IMG/VR virus record: IMGVR_UViG_2844540631_000002
Coordinates: 14,262 to 78,261 of that record
Strand: one strand, 5' to 3'
Length of the DNA stretch: 64,000 bases
Source of the DNA: a virus
Taxonomy: Duplodnaviria; Caudoviricetes
Both the position numbers and the translations under genes were made by a program. The notes under the pieces are model-generated. The model ran no database searches. It saw only the letters and a list, made by a program, of their open reading frames with translations, and was not told the origin of the DNA. How positions within the stretch are numbered: position 1 is the first letter of the stretch; every line of letters begins with the position of its first letter. Shown here piece by piece: positions 63,731 through 64,000 of the stretch.

Positions 63731-64000
63731 ATGGGCAACTGCGATAGCGAGAATGACCAGCCCCTTCAGCCACGACTCACCGTCGTGCGCGGTGGCGCCT
63801 CTGCGGTGAAGTCCGGTGAGTCCCTGCTCAAGCTTGGGGAGGTGATGGTGCTCCTTGGAATGGGGAGGACCTACGTCCTCAGCATCAAGGACAAGGGATT
63901 GCTTCCGTATGTCCGCATGCCGAACTCGCGGGCCATCCGCTTCCGGCGTTCTGACGTTGAGGCATTCATCGCGCGCGCGGCGGCAGGCGAGGCTCGCTAA
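63731..64000 (+). CDS. Excisionase-like HTH DNA-binding protein
   Basis: LLKLGEVMVLLGMGRTYV...GLLPYVR....IRFRRSDVEAFI. Confidence 0.8.
   Translation: MGNCDSENDQPLQPRLTVVRGGASAVKSGESLLKLGEVMVLLGMGRTYVLSIKDKGLLPYVRMPNSRAIRFRRSDVEAFIARAAAGEAR

Larger units (their letters stand above)
1..64000. mobile_element. Temperate siphophage / prophage segment; both ends lie outside the window
   Basis: Complete ordered packaging-head-tail-lysis module plus RecT, KilA-N and excisionase-like genes; no host housekeeping genes; no att site or integrase visible. Confidence 0.95.

Noticed and set aside
1-64000. tRNA, rRNA, integrase or att core
   Set aside because: None recognisable by eye; tRNAscan and flanking sequence are needed to exclude them

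Overview
The whole window is one GC-rich temperate siphophage/prophage genome segment. The host is probably a myxobacterium; this is inferred from the AHH/Imm11 pair, the CGxDGCGG-repeat lipoprotein and a myxobacterial kinase-tail-like gene. Layout: (i) 1-5.8 kb, small rightward genes including a sigma-70-like factor, an Ead/Ea22-like protein and a fused thymidylate kinase; (ii) an antisense PadR moron; (iii) 6.9-36.9 kb, packaging, head and a lambda-like tail (TerS, TerL, portal, MuF, scaffold, capsid, connectors, tube, frameshifted chaperone, tape measure, Dit/M, L, K, I, J, receptor-binding protein); (iv) an AHH nuclease/Imm11 pair and a lysis cassette; (v) 41-61.5 kb, mostly leftward accessory and early genes (KilA-N, MazG-like mosaic, RecT, lipoproteins); (vi) an Arc/RHH-like regulator, a kinase-remnant membrane protein and an excisionase-like HTH ending at base 64000. 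No integrase, tRNA, rRNA or CRISPR array was seen. Most notable: an intact stand-alone JAB/JAMM peptidase coupled to TerL; a Hint (intein-like) domain fused behind a GGG linker to tail-tip protein I; and a tail operon interrupted by mostly antisense, lower-GC nuclease morons, including an HNH nuclease whose C-terminus resembles a contractile-tail baseplate wedge (gp25-like) domain. All family calls are by eye from motifs; no database search was run.
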